This document shows positions 63,934 to 64,000 of a stretch of DNA of 64,000 nt, in pieces; position 1 is the stretch's first letter, and every line of letters starts with the position of its first letter. Position numbers and translations under genes: made by a program. Below the pieces are notes generated by a model that was not told where the DNA came from, did no database searches, and saw only the letters and a program-made list of their open reading frames with translations. The stretch is from an uncultured Nitrososphaeraceae archaeon (GTDB lineage: Archaea; Thermoproteota; Nitrososphaeria; Nitrososphaerales; Nitrososphaeraceae). The stretch covers positions 448,001-512,000 of the forward strand of contig CAVZZA010000001.1 of assembly GCA_963779615.1 (NCBI GenBank). The letters are read 5' to 3'.

Positions 63934-64000
63934 ATAATGTTAATTGATTATTCGCTGCCTTAATTTCAATACTCTGTTTAACTGGAAATCCATCCCATAT

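Overview
This window is an AT-rich archaeal chromosome segment from an ammonia-oxidising archaeon (Nitrososphaeria/Thaumarchaeota, probably Nitrososphaeraceae, Nitrosocosmicus-like), judged from PolD DP1/DP2, GGGP synthase, CdvA, Orc1/Cdc6, Hel308, FEN1, long ThyX and lineage-typical proteins. About 1-37.6 kb is mostly core genome and contains the replication origin (ORB repeats upstream of cdc6) and tRNA-Thr(CGT). About 37.7-64 kb is an accessory region with decayed IS6/IS5 elements, pseudogenes, redox, metal and transport genes, and integrative-element relics. The best leads are: (1) an oriC-linked module of three uncharacterised genes, including a membrane-anchored coiled-coil wHTH protein, lying in two clusters of repeated hexamers (a candidate origin-tethering or segregation system); (2) an intact red-algal/cyanobacterial-type vanadium haloperoxidase near MsrB/MsrA and an MsrP/sulfite-oxidase-family molybdoenzyme; (3) three near-identical wHTH regulator cassettes just downstream of cdc6 carrying 4, 3 and 2 copies of a 13-bp upstream repeat; (4) a perfect array of about 40 9-bp G-rich units directly upstream of an HTH gene. 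Several single-base frameshifts in short homopolymers may be consensus errors. All calls come from reading the sequence and motifs by eye; no database searches were run.
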